Virus record (IMG/VR): IMGVR_UViG_3300027571_000036
Location: 1-35,258 of that record
DNA from: a virus
Lineage: Duplodnaviria > Caudoviricetes
Direction: 5' to 3' (one strand)
DNA length: 35,258 nucleotides
The position numbers and the translations under genes are program-made. How positions within the stretch are numbered: position 1 is the stretch's first letter; every line of letters begins with the position of its first letter. This document shows, piece by piece, positions 1 through 10,168 of the stretch. Below the pieces are notes generated by a model, which worked only from the letters and a program-made list of their open reading frames with translations, ran no database searches and was not told where the DNA came from.

Positions 1-155
1 GAAGTAGTAGAGCCTACGCCAACTGCAACTGAAGTAGTAGGGCCTACGCCAACTGCAACTGAAGTAGTAGAGCCTACGCCAACTGCAACTGAAGTAGTAG
101 AGCCTACGCCAACTGCAACTGAAGTAGTAGAGCCTACGCCAACTGCAACTGAAGT
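1..155 (+). repeat. 30-bp coding tandem repeat (gaagtagtagagcctacgccaactgcaact), at least 5 copies, encoding EVVEPTPTAT
   Basis: Directly visible; one copy has a gag>ggg change; the array runs off the left edge. Confidence 0.95.
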
Positions 156-3100
156 TACACCAACTCCAACGCCTGTTCCAGATCCAACTCCGACTCCGGA
201 GCCTACTGCGACGGCTACACCTACCCCTACACCAACTGCAACATCGGATAATCCGCCAACTGCTATTAGTGCAACATATAGTGTGGCATGGAGCGGTACA
301 GTTACTATTACATTATCTGGTTCTGATGATTTCGATACTAATAATTTAACATATAATATAGTAACACCGCCTACTAGAGGCACATATACCATTGTAGGTA
401 ATATAGTAACTTATACACATACTTCAACACAGATAGGTTCTGATTCATTTACGTTTACAGTAACAGATACTGCAAATCAAACATCTGCACCTGCTACTAT
501 AATTATTAATCCAGAGAATTCTGCACCAGTTATAACTGCAACTAGTCCAAGTGTTTTTCAAAACACTACCGGTACGTTTATTATAAATGCAACAGATGCT
601 GATGGTGATTCAGTATCGTTTGCACAAATAACTGCAACACCTAATGGAACTATATCATTTGTTCCAAACGATAACACTTCTATAAAAGTTACATATACAC
701 CTAATGCAGGTTATTTTGGCACTGATAGTTGGATAATTAAAGCTATTGATTCCAAAGGTGCTGAATCTGCGCCAACAACTATTAATATTGCGGTTGAATA
801 TTCTCCTATATTTAGTTTTAAGATAAGTTCATTTGGTAGCGATCCTGATGTAATGTGTATTGCTCAAACACCGACGATTGGATACGGTAGCACCACACAA
901 GCAAATAATGTTTCTCAGTTATCTGACGGTGATTCTATTTTTTATGATCCTGCTTTATTAAATAAGTTTACGCCACCGAACGCGACAGATGTGTATATTA
1001 CAGTCTCGGATATCGATAGTGTCGCCAATGGCACCACGAGCGTATTAAAAATTAATAATAGTGGTCAAATTGCAACTAATGGTATTATTCCGTGTACTAG
1101 TTCAGTGAACTCTAGTTCTACTGTGGTTTTGTATGCAACTAACACAATAACACATTGTGCCGAAGATTATCAAGAAATAACATTATGGTATGACGGTACA
1201 TCTCAAAAAACGCTTGCTCAATTAGTAGCTGACAACACACCGTTGTTTATTAGTAAATATTATTCAGATCTATATACGAGTACTGGAGGTACTAGTACCA
1301 TAGGTTTAATTGATAGCGGTATTTACAGCGAAACTCCAGCCGGTTTATATTATAAAAGGTCTTTGGTTAATGATTGGGGTTTAACTTCTAATGGCACGCT
1401 TGAATGGTTTTGTGAAGAAGATACTATTAATATTACATATAGTTTAGAAGGCGTTAAAAAAACAACATTATCAGATCCTACTATAAATAAATTTTGTAAT
1501 GGAGTTGCTATAGGAACTACTTTATGGTATGTTAGACCAGATGGTGTTGCACCATTTACTGATCTTTTAGGATTAGCTCAATCTAATACGCCTATTTATA
1601 AAACGGAATTAGGGGCAACTAATGAAGACCAATTGGATTTATTTGAATCAAATGTATTTAATGACGGTTTTGGCTATTTAATTTGGGAAAATCCAGGTGA
1701 TGGTGCTAATTTAAAATGGTACGGTTATGACTCAAGCGGACTTACTGTTTCTGGATCAAACATAGTATCCAGGGGTCAGTGTTCAACTTATATAAAGCCC
1801 AATATAACTAATAATACAATATCTAGACCGGAGCCTAGTGTAAATGATGTAAATGTATTTTATGGTTTTTATTCATTAGATCCAGAAATAGAAGGACCAG
1901 ATGCTGGTAATAATACAGAGACTTTATTCTGGCCGATATATGTCATCGATGGCCTACACACAAGCGTTTCTAGTGATGCTGATAGCTATATAAAAACATT
2001 TATTGATACTTTATCATTTGGTAATGTAATTAAGACCAGCGGCTTTGATAGCTGTTTGGAGTATAGTGTTAAAATAATCGCAGAAGATATTGACGATGCT
2101 GTTACTCTGCTTAAGGATTCGGGTATCACATCTCAACAAAGACCAGTTGTTTCAACTGGTGTTGAAATAGGCCTAAGTAGTGAAGTTAAAGTTGATGTGT
2201 ATGAAAGTACAGCATCTAGTTCATGTATTATAGGTGATAATTCAAAGATTAAAACTACATATACTTTCCCGTTTGTTGAAGGTTATGAAACTGTTTCTGC
2301 TGGACCAAACTTTAAAACAGAAACTAACTATAAATTAGACCATGTAGCTAAACCTCTATTAAGAACTAACCCTAAATTATCAGGTAATGTTAAACTCGTT
2401 ACGAGTTCAGACGGTTCAGTTTATATGGAAAGTATTAGTGCCAGTAAAGATTTAGCTGGTATAAAATACAAAAAGAGTCCAATAAATCCTAATGGTAATT
2501 ACTCAACTGATGTTGCTAATTTCTTTAAGAAAAATGGCACAACATCTGATCTTGTTTATTTAACTAAAAGATCTGAGTCGGACTTAACGGTATTAGATTC
2601 TTATAATAAACAAATAGAGGAAGAGTATCAATATGGTACTACATATAATTATTCTAAAAACTACGATGAGAGTTATAGAATGTTTGCACCTATTTGGGCT
2701 GATAATAATATGCCAAAGAATTTTGTTATATTTAAAGTTAAAAACCCAGGGGGTGTTGATGCATCTGGTGTTACTTTAGATAACGTTAATAGAATTCAAG
2801 AGATATTAAGGAACGCTGAGATTATCAAGACTTTTGATTTATCTAAAAAATCAAACTTGGGTAAATATATTAGGTCACATGTACAACAAGAGACATTCCC
2901 TAAATCACCTATTACAGTTTCGTTTGGTAAAAATGAAATTACTAACTATAATGGTATTGATCTATCTTCTGGTGAATTAACTAGTAAGGGCGAATATATC
3001 TACAAAGATTTTATAGAGACTGATAAAGCTTTGATTGAAGCCAATGACTTTATCACAGACGGTTTTAGAAGAAACAATATTTTATGTGCTAATCTTTTAA

Positions 3101-6100
3101 ACTTAGAATTTTTATTTGATGATAATGATTCTGGTGATTATAGCATTAACAGGTATTTCGGTCTTTATGTGGACGATATAGATTCAGGTTTTGGTGAAAT
3201 AAGTTCAATATCTAATAATATTGTTAAATTTACAGAAGTGACGTCTTTAGTAAATCCAAATAAACCAACAACTGCAATTCCAACATATAAACAGATGAGT
3301 ACTACACCAACACTTGGTTATGTATTAATCAATGGTGTGTACTACAAGATATCTAATTCAGGTCTTTATGATTCTTTAAATCTAGAAGTTAGAATTGATG
3401 ATTCTACTGGAAATATTCCTAATACATTAGGTATATCACATACCGGGAAATCTGTTGATCTAATAAAAAATGACGAAAGAGGCTACGATTTTGTTAAAAT
3501 GTCTATTGTAGATGTACCCGAAAGTAACGATAAAATTGCTGTAGTAGCATCAAGAGAGGAGTCTTATAAATTTACTTTTATTAAACAAACAGCCGGGGAA
3601 CTTATTAATATTCAATTAGAAGATTCACAAGGAACTCACAGTTTATTTGATAATTCTTTATTGTTAGGTTCTACGCTCGAAGAAACTGCAGGTAATATTG
3701 AATCGGCAATAAGCGATCCAGGTAAAATAGACATCTACAGACAAACTCGTACTGTCGGTAATTACCATATTGGTTTTGATTATCAATCACAATCTATTAT
3801 TCTAACTGAGGTTGAAACAAACCTAGGTGATCTGAATATGGTGGTAACTGGAGCTATAAGTTCTATTATAAGAGTTGATCAAATTCAAACCAATATTAAT
3901 ATTCAAAACAGAACGTATTCTGCTAATTATACTTTGCCTAAAGGAACTTATAGCGGAAAATTCTTCTCTAACCAAGGCACATTAGGTGATATTGCTGCTG
4001 CTTTAGCTGGAGTTATTCATGCAGATAATAGTCCTTTGGATGCTTATAATATTGGATCTGATCTTTGGGTTAAAGCTAGAGTTCCTGGATATAGGTTATT
4101 ACAACATACTGTTTTAGTTAACAAAGAAAATGTAATTGATTTTATAGATGTTGACAACATTGATTTTAATAATATTTTAAAATTAAGAAAAGGTGCGGGT
4201 TATATTCTTTCTAAGTGGGATGCTCATTATTTAAACGGAGGTAATTCTACTAGTAAATCAGTTTACATAAACAATACAACATTAAGTGAAATTTCAGTAG
4301 GAGATTATTTAGAAACCAAATATGATGGTATATTTAATGAAGTAATAGATATTGTAGAAGATGTAAGTGTACCTAATTCTACTAGATCAAAATTAATACT
4401 AAGCTTAAAATCTGATATTAAAGATGGAGAGGCTAGAGTATTTAGTGAAAATATTGTAAAAATTGGTTTATTTTCAGCATATAACATATATGATATGAAC
4501 TTTGACTTTTATGATACTGCTAATTCGGATCTAAAAGAATTAGATTATGAAACTAGAGCAAATATTGCATATGAACCATATGAAAACACTATACTTAATA
4601 TTGATCCAATTACCGGGGAGTATAATACGACACTATCTGCTAATGATATTTTTAGCGATAATTATTCATTAGAACCTATTAATTATTTCTCTAATTTATC
4701 TGGTATTTTATCAGAAGAATCTGTTGATGATATTTCTGCTGAAATTATAACTAGTGAGTTTGATAGACTAAAAGAAAATCAATTAAAAGAGTTTGCTACT
4801 AATTCGAGAGTAGTTCCAAATATAAACAAATGGGTTTTAAAAGATTCTTTAACAGTTAGAGATCAACCTTATTATCTAAATACTAACGAGGCATTCGGTA
4901 GAACAAACTTCTCACCTGATTTAAGTGCCACTGAACGCAGTAAAGATGATATGACACATGAGTGGTTTTACATGGAGAAAAAACCTAGTTATTTAAGATA
5001 CGATGAATTAAACAACACGTTCTCATATATTAATTTTATAGAGGATTTTGAATTAACTCCAAATTTATTTAAGAGTACTAAGAATAATTATTTTGATAAA
5101 TTTATGATTACCGAAGGATTTGAAAAGAATCTAAGCGGTGATGATATTCAGGGTATTTATGATGCGTTCGGCGAGTATACCAAAGGTTATTTAAACCCAG
5201 ATGATATTAACAACACGTTTTTTAAGACTGACCTTAAAAAGAAATATACTTTAATTGACGGCGGAGATACCGATGCTTTTGCGAGTACTATATTTAAAGG
5301 TTTAAAAGTTGTCTTAAAAAATAGAAAAGAATTTGCCAATAAAACAGCACTAGACTTTGTAAAAAGTAGTGAGTTTAACGGATATAAGTTTAGCATTCTA
5401 TTAAAAACCAATAATGATGTTGCTAATAATGATGTTGAATTTGAAGTAATACAAAATAAAAAGTTTAAGTTTGTAATATTCTTCATTACTTTAAATCTTG
5501 GTGATTACTGGGTTAAAGGTAATATGAACAGAAAACTGTTATATGAATTAAAACACAAAATCATATACGATGGCGCAATAGAAGATTATACTTATGCTAA
5601 TACGCCATTTGACGGTGCATTAAGTTGGAATACTGCAGATTTTTCTAAAGATTCACCATATACGATTAATGGTATAAATCATTTTGACGGAAGTGTCCCT
5701 GATTTTGAAAATCAAATTGCTTTGGGTGAAAACGGATTGTATGGTGATGTATTAATGGATTTATATCCAACTACACCTGGTAATACTATCTATAAGTTTA
5801 GAATATATTCTATTGAAGACTCAAATACCATTAAAGTTGTTGGACCTCCGGTTAATGTAAACGATCCAGATGATGTGTTAGACGTGGCATATTTGCCTAA
5901 TAACATCCAAAGAAGAATAAAATATTCATATGTCGATGGCGGTACTAATATACATGAAACTGTTTTAAATAAGATTTCTATAAACAGTGTAGCCAATATG
6001 ATTAACTTAAACGATGATAGTGTTACATATACTACAGTCGAAGAAGATGGTACAATTAATAATAATAGATTTACTATTAATTTTGAAGATGGTACCGAAA

Positions 6101-7266
6101 TAGTTAAATATGCAACTCTTTTCGTAGAAGAAGATAATGATAAACCCAAAAGTTATAAACTATTTAAAGGTATTATCGGGTATAATTTGACTAGAGAAGA
6201 TGGCGCTTCGTATTATCCATTCTTAATTAGACATGCTGGTGCATATACAGTAGATTTTAGACCAGTTGTTACGTTTACAGACATGTATACTCACTTTAAA
6301 TCTAATAGAATTCAAGCAAGCGCGGATCAAAGAGAAACTGGTTTTGAATCAGTATTATACAAACATTCTCTTACAAATGGTTACGAACTAACTACTGCTA
6401 AATCATATTATGAAAGATATAATCGATGTGGTACTACGTTTAATATAGGGTTTATACAGGACGGCGGAACTCATGACGGTGGATGGGGATTGATTAAAAA
6501 TCATTTTTATCATAAAATAAATGAAACTAATCCCACCGGTATTACCAAATTGTCCGAATCTTCTGATAAATTACCATTATATCCATTGATCGATGAGATT
6601 GCAATTTCTAAAAAAGATGTTAATGTATTTAGATCTTCATGGGATTTTGGTTACTATACTAGATCTCTTTCGGGTGGAAAAAGCGAGGATGTTCCAGGAA
6701 CTGTAGACAACACAGAAGAAAGATCTTACTTAGCATCAACTGCTATGAAAGTTAAGAATGAATATAATCTTTTTTCATTTAACTATCAAACTATATATAG
6801 TAAAGAAAAATTAGATGAAATATTAAGTAAGTCTATAAACGAAGCTGAGGTATTAATGTTTGAAGATGAAGATGAAATTATTGCTGATTTTTATGTAACT
6901 GATATTGCTACTAGAATTTTAAGTGCAGATGGTATATTAAATGCCATTAAACAATATGTAAGTGCACAAAACTCTGCAGGAGACAAGACTACACTGAATG
7001 ACGATGCTAATTTTTATATCAATAAAAATATTATATCACAATTTGTTGTTGATTCTATTCAATTGTACACTAAACGCTTTAAGGGCAGTGCTTCTAGTAT
7101 TGTAAATACAGAAAATATTAATTTAATTAGTGGTGGAGGATTTTCCCCTGACAATAATTTTACTTATAAATCGCACAAACAAAAGCCTATGAATTTTAGG
7201 TTGATATATAATAAAAGATTAGGATATTCTTACGACATCAAACCTATGATAAAAATAAAGTCATAA
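1..7266 (+). CDS. Giant virion structural/adhesin-like protein, 5'-truncated by the window (PT-rich repeats, two Ig/cadherin-like domains, Cys-containing repeats, large C-terminal region)
   Basis: Frame 1 is open from base 1 (EVVEPTPTAT repeats) into the listed 283..7266 ORF, so the GTG at 283 is not the true start. NPPTA...ITLSGSD...YTH...GSDSFTFTVTD and NSAPV...ATDADGD...YTPNAGYFGTDSW are typical bacterial Ig/cadherin-like repeats. Confidence 0.75.
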   Translation, partial: EVVEPTPTATEVVGPTPTATEVVEPTPTATEVVEPTPTATEVVEPTPTATEVTPTPTPVPDPTPTPEPTATATPTPTPTATSDNPPTAISATYSVAWSGTVTITLSGSDDFDTNNLTYNIVTPPTRGTYTIVGNIVTYTHTSTQIGSDSFTFTVTDTANQTSAPATIIINPENSAPVITATSPSVFQNTTGTFIINATDADGDSVSFAQITATPNGTISFVPNDNTSIKVTYTPNAGYFGTDSWIIKAIDSKGAESAPTTINIAVEYSPIFSFKISSFGSDPDVMCIAQTPTIGYGSTTQANNVSQLSDGDSIFYDPALLNKFTPPNATDVYITVSDIDSVANGTTSVLKINNSGQIATNGIIPCTSSVNSSSTVVLYATNTITHCAEDYQEITLWYDGTSQKTLAQLVADNTPLFISKYYSDLYTSTGGTSTIGLIDSGIYSETPAGLYYKRSLVNDWGLTSNGTLEWFCEEDTINITYSLEGVKKTTLSDPTINKFCNGVAIGTTLWYVRPDGVAPFTDLLGLAQSNTPIYKTELGATNEDQLDLFESNVFNDGFGYLIWENPGDGANLKWYGYDSSGLTVSGSNIVSRGQCSTYIKPNITNNTISRPEPSVNDVNVFYGFYSLDPEIEGPDAGNNTETLFWPIYVIDGLHTSVSSDADSYIKTFIDTLSFGNVIKTSGFDSCLEYSVKIIAEDIDDAVTLLKDSGITSQQRPVVSTGVEIGLSSEVKVDVYESTASSSCIIGDNSKIKTTYTFPFVEGYETVSAGPNFKTETNYKLDHVAKPLLRTNPKLSGNVKLVTSSDGSVYMESISASKDLAGIKYKKSPINPNGNYSTDVANFFKKNGTTSDLVYLTKRSESDLTVLDSYNKQIEEEYQYGTTYNYSKNYDESYRMFAPIWADNNMPKNFVIFKVKNPGGVDASGVTLDNVNRIQEILRNAEIIKTFDLSKKSNLGKYIRSHVQQETFPKSPITVSFGKNEITNYNGIDLSSGELTSKGEYIYKDFIETDKALIEANDFITDGFRRNNILCANLLNLEFLFDDNDSGDYSINRYFGLYVDDIDSGFGEISSISNNIVKFTEVTSLVNPNKPTTAIPTYKQMSTTPTLGYVLINGVYYKISNSGLYDSLNLEVRIDDSTGNIPNTLGISHTGKSVDLIKNDERGYDFVKMSIVDVPESNDKIAVVASREESYKFTFIKQTAGELINIQLEDSQGTHSLFDNSLLLGSTLEETAGNIESAISDPGKIDIYRQTRTVGNYHIGFDYQSQSIILTEVETNLGDLNMVVTGAISSIIRVDQIQTNINIQNRTYSANYTLPKGTYSGKFFSNQGTLGDIAAALAGVIHADNSPLDAYNIGSDLWVKARVPGYRLLQHTVLVNKENVIDFIDVDNIDFNNILKLRKGAGYILSKWDAHYLNGGNSTSKSVYINNTTLSEISVGDYLETKYDGIFNEVIDIVEDVSVPNSTRSKLILSLKSDIKDGEARVFSENIVKIGLFSAYNIYDMNFDFYDTANSDLKELDYETRANIAYEPYENTILNIDPITGEYNTTLSANDIFSDNYSLEPINYFSNLSGILSEESVDDISAEIITSEFDRLKENQLKEFATNSRVVPNINKWVLKDSLTVRDQPYYLNTNEAFGRTNFSPDLSATERSKDDMTHEWFYMEKKPSYLRYDELNNTFSYINFIEDFELTPNLFKSTKNNYFDKFMITEGFEKNLSGDDIQGIYDAFGEYTKGYLNPDDINNTFFKTDLKKKYTLIDGGDTDAFASTIFKGLKVVLKNRKEFANKTALDFVKSSEFNGYKFSILLKTNNDVANNDVEFEVIQNKKFKFVIFFITLNLGDYWVKGNMNRKLLYELKHKIIYDGAIEDYTYANTPFDGALSWNTADFSKDSPYTINGINHFDGSVPDFENQIALGENGLYGDVLMDLYPTTPGNTIYKFRIYSIEDSNTIKVVGPPVNVNDPDDVLDVAYLPNNIQRRIKYSYVDGGTNIHETVLNKISINSVANMINLNDDSVTYTTVEEDGTINNNRFTINFEDGTEIVKYATLFVEEDNDKPKSYKLFKGIIGYNLTREDGASYYPFLIRHAGAYTVDFRPVVTFTDMYTHFKSNRIQASADQRETGFESVLYKHSLTNGYELTTAKSYYERYNRCGTTFNIGFIQDGGTHDGGWGLIKNHFYHKINETNPTGITKLSESSDKLPLYPLIDEIAISKKDVNVFRSSWDFGYYTRSLSGGKSEDVPGTVDNTEERSYLASTAMKVKNEYNLFSFNYQTIYSKEKLDEILSKSINEAEVLMFEDEDEIIADFYVTDIATRILSADGILNAIKQYVSAQNSAGDKTTLNDDANFYINKNIISQFVVDSIQLYTKRFKGSASSIVNTENINLISGGGFSPDNNFTYKSHKQKPMNFRLIYNKRLGYSYDIKPMIKIKS
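7203..7211 (+). promoter_or_regulatory. GATATATAA putative late-promoter motif
   Basis: Same 9-mer lies upstream of gene starts at 13612, 14752, 19184 and 34018; this copy is ~57 nt before the 7268 ATG. Confidence 0.5.
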
Positions 7267-7267
7267 A

Positions 7268-8995
7268 ATGGCAATTAACATTCAAGAGATATTACACCCA
7301 AGCGATTCGGACTCTATAAAGTTTGAAAAGATTAATTATAATTTTGATCAAATCTTAGCAAATGGCGGTGGACCTGCTGGGCCTAAGGGCCAGAAAGGTG
7401 ATCAAGGTCAAGTCGGTTCGACAGGACAAAAGGGTCAAAAGGGTGAAGTTGGACCAATTGGTGAAAAGGGTGTAGCTGGCTCGACTGATAGTCCATGGCA
7501 TACTGTTGAGGTAGATACAAATAATGATGGTAATAATGAAGTTAGTATTCTAAAACCTAAAGTTGGAACTGATCTAAATATGCCAATTATATGGCTAGGT
7601 GATTCTGGTTTTGAAGAAGACGTGACCGATGGCGACATAGACACTAATGCTAGACTAAATATTGGCAGAGATGACATTTTTGAGAATTATGTGAAATTAC
7701 GCCACGGTATAATAGGTGGCATTAATAAAGATTTAGTATTAACTAGTACTGTTTTAGACGGGTATACTAGGTTTAATTGGCAAAATGCATTTGGCAGTAC
7801 TTTAATAGAATATGGTGTCAATACTGATAAGATAACTTTAGTTGCTAACAGTTCTTCATTAAACTTAAGTGGAAATTTCGTAAATATAAATTCTTTAGCC
7901 AATACAAATATAAAATTGTCAACACTAGGATCAGGTATTTTAGATGTTGATATTAATGCAGAATTTAAAGGTTATTTAAGATTACCAGCTGGGACAACGG
8001 GTCAAAGACCTACGGTGCCTCAAATTGGTATGATTAGATTTAATACTGATTTAGATATTGTAGAGGCTTATTATAATAATAGCGGTACACCTGAGTGGAG
8101 AGAACTATGTACTGATTGTGGCACTCCAGTCGGTGATAGTATTGGTATTGTTGGCGATGATATTGTGGCAAATGCTGATGGTTCACCTGCTTCGAATACT
8201 ATTAGTATTTCGGGTGGCAATATTGATGCAAGTGCAGATGGTAGTCCAGTTAGTTCTGCGGAGTTAACAATAAATGGATCCAATTATTTAGCTGCACAAT
8301 ATAACACACCAACAACATTATACTTAAATTATGCAATTGCACCTACTGGTGTAGATCCTACTTCTAGTAATGTGTCTGTTGACCAAGCCGGTTTAAGTAT
8401 TACAATGGAACCGAGTCTTAATAGAATAAAGGTGATTACAAGTGCATCAACACTTGGAAAAGTGTATAAAGTAACCGTGACGCACCCTAATGATTCTAAT
8501 GTTAAAGTAGTATGGACAATAACGTTGGTTAATAGTGCACCAACTCCAACGCCAACTTCTGGTTCCGGTTCTGGTGCAGGTCCAACTCCAACGCCAACTT
8601 CTGGTTCCGGTTCTGGTGCAGGTCCAACGCCAACGCCAACTTCTGGTTCTGGTGCAGGTCCAACTCCGACTCCAATTCCAGCAACAGCGGTATTAAATGG
8701 TGTTATATCTGATCCTGAATCTTTATCATATCCTGATGCAGTTGACGTATATTGGACATTGAGCGATATTGAAAACTGTACAGCCGTTACAGTGCAAACC
8801 TCACTATCACCGACGGGCCCATGGGGTAATAGTACCGGTAGTTGCACTTCACCTAGAAGATTACATTTTAGTGGCGCATGTGATACCACTAGATATTTTA
8901 GAATAATACAAACTAGGAACGGATTACCGGATGTTATATCAAACGTTTATACATTTACATTTGATGCATGTGGTGGCGGAGGCGGTGGAAGCTAA
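7268..8995 (+). CDS. Tail fibre-like protein with collagen triple-helix segment and PT/SG linker
   Basis: About 12 G-X-Y triplets (GPAGPKGQKGDQGQ...); phage fibre motif GYLRLPAGTTGQRP...GMIRFNTD...EAY; PTPTPTSGSGSGAG repeats; ends CGGGGGGS. Confidence 0.7.
   Translation: MAINIQEILHPSDSDSIKFEKINYNFDQILANGGGPAGPKGQKGDQGQVGSTGQKGQKGEVGPIGEKGVAGSTDSPWHTVEVDTNNDGNNEVSILKPKVGTDLNMPIIWLGDSGFEEDVTDGDIDTNARLNIGRDDIFENYVKLRHGIIGGINKDLVLTSTVLDGYTRFNWQNAFGSTLIEYGVNTDKITLVANSSSLNLSGNFVNINSLANTNIKLSTLGSGILDVDINAEFKGYLRLPAGTTGQRPTVPQIGMIRFNTDLDIVEAYYNNSGTPEWRELCTDCGTPVGDSIGIVGDDIVANADGSPASNTISISGGNIDASADGSPVSSAELTINGSNYLAAQYNTPTTLYLNYAIAPTGVDPTSSNVSVDQAGLSITMEPSLNRIKVITSASTLGKVYKVTVTHPNDSNVKVVWTITLVNSAPTPTPTSGSGSGAGPTPTPTSGSGSGAGPTPTPTSGSGAGPTPTPIPATAVLNGVISDPESLSYPDAVDVYWTLSDIENCTAVTVQTSLSPTGPWGNSTGSCTSPRRLHFSGACDTTRYFRIIQTRNGLPDVISNVYTFTFDACGGGGGGS
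8540..8675 (+). repeat. 42/36-bp coding tandem repeat (PTPTPTSGSGSGAG)
   Basis: About 3 units of ccaactccaacgccaacttctggttccggttctggtgcaggt, near-identical to the array at 9279-9569. Confidence 0.95.
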
Positions 8996-9041
8996 TAAGC
9001 TAATATAAAAACAAGATAAATATAAAAACATAAATAATAAA

Positions 9042-10163
9042 ATGGCAGCAAACGATTATACAAGAACGGTAAATATCACACCTTTAGGTACAGCTTATTC
9101 GTGGGATACTCCACCTAGCTGGATTACTATAAATCGAGTAGGTACTAGTAATGATTGGACTATCACTGTGTCGGCTAATTCTGGTGCAGCCAGATCTGCC
9201 ACACTAACAGTTAGACATAATAATACAACTACTATTGATACTATTTCGGTTTCCCAAGCAGGTGGTACGGTGATAACACCAACGCCAACTTCTGGTTCCG
9301 GTTCTGGTGCAGGTCCGACTCCAACGCCAACTTCTGGTTCCGGTTCTGGTGCAGGTCCAACTCCAACACCGACTGCGACTTCGGTTCCGGTTCCACCAAC
9401 TCCAACGCCAACTTCTGGTTCCGGTTCTGGTGCAGGTCCGACTCCAACGCCAACTTCTGGTTCTGGTGCAGGTCCAACTCCAACTCCAACGCCAACTTCT
9501 GGTTCTGGTGCAGGTCCAACTCCAACGCCAACTTCTGGTTCTGGTGCAGGTCCAACTCCGACTCCAACTTATATAGCTCCAACTTCAACAACTTATGTAG
9601 CTCCAACTTCAACAACTTACACCGGTGGCGGTGGCGGTGGCGGCGGATGTCACTTAACTGGTGATTTACTTACCTTAGCAAATGGAGAAACTAAAAAAGT
9701 AGAAGATGTTGTATTAGGAGACACTCTGTTGTCATTGGCTATTAATGGCTTAAGCGATGCAGAAACAATATACAGAGAGTTTAATGTTTCAGCTGCTAAT
9801 TATTCTGATGAATACACCAGTGCAGTGGTAAGTGACATATATGTAGATACTTATTCTTCATATTATAACATAAACAACGGACAACTAAAACTTACATTAG
9901 AACACCCGGTTTTAGTTAAAACATCTGATGATACAGTTGTGTTTAAAGTAATTAAAGATGTCTTAGTTGGTGATAGTATGTTGAATCAAAATAATGAATG
10001 GGTATTAGTAAACTCTAATACGTTGGTTCAGGCTGAATCACCATTTACGACTTATGCATTTAATGTTGAAAATAAAGATGTATATTTTGCAAGCGGAATC
10101 CTAGTACATAACGTAATGAATGAAGAAGTACTTACTAAAGAAGACATGTTTAACCAACAATAA
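9042..10163 (+). CDS. BACON-like domain + PT/SG linker + poly-Gly + C-terminal Hint (intein-like) domain protein
   Basis: WITIN...TITVSANSGAARSATLTV is BACON-like. Hint domain at 9648-10112: CHLTGDLLTLANGETKKVEDVVLGD (block A), LTLEHP (TxxH, block B), YAFNVE...YFASGILVHN (blocks F/G). Confidence 0.85.
   Translation: MAANDYTRTVNITPLGTAYSWDTPPSWITINRVGTSNDWTITVSANSGAARSATLTVRHNNTTTIDTISVSQAGGTVITPTPTSGSGSGAGPTPTPTSGSGSGAGPTPTPTATSVPVPPTPTPTSGSGSGAGPTPTPTSGSGAGPTPTPTPTSGSGAGPTPTPTSGSGAGPTPTPTYIAPTSTTYVAPTSTTYTGGGGGGGGCHLTGDLLTLANGETKKVEDVVLGDTLLSLAINGLSDAETIYREFNVSAANYSDEYTSAVVSDIYVDTYSSYYNINNGQLKLTLEHPVLVKTSDDTVVFKVIKDVLVGDSMLNQNNEWVLVNSNTLVQAESPFTTYAFNVENKDVYFASGILVHNVMNEEVLTKEDMFNQQ
9279..9617 (+). 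repeat. 42/36-bp PT/SG coding repeat array followed by a 24-bp duplication (Y[IV]APTSTT x2)
   Basis: Directly visible in DNA and protein. Confidence 0.95.
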
Positions 10164-10168
10164 TTAGA

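Noticed and set aside
1-155. 30-bp repeats as a CRISPR array
   Set aside because: Head-to-tail with no spacers; length is a multiple of 3 and in frame, encoding a PT linker.
283-285. GTG start of the 2327-aa ORF
   Set aside because: The frame is open to base 1 and the Ig domain begins upstream (NPPTA), so the real start is outside the window.
8540-9569. Diversity-generating retroelement TR/VR pair
   Set aside because: Differences are unit-number changes rather than adenine-specific substitutions, and there is no reverse transcriptase in the window.
9648-10112. Canonical mobile intein
   Set aside because: No homing endonuclease, the +1 residue is Val, the C-extein is only 16 aa, and it is not in a conserved enzyme site.
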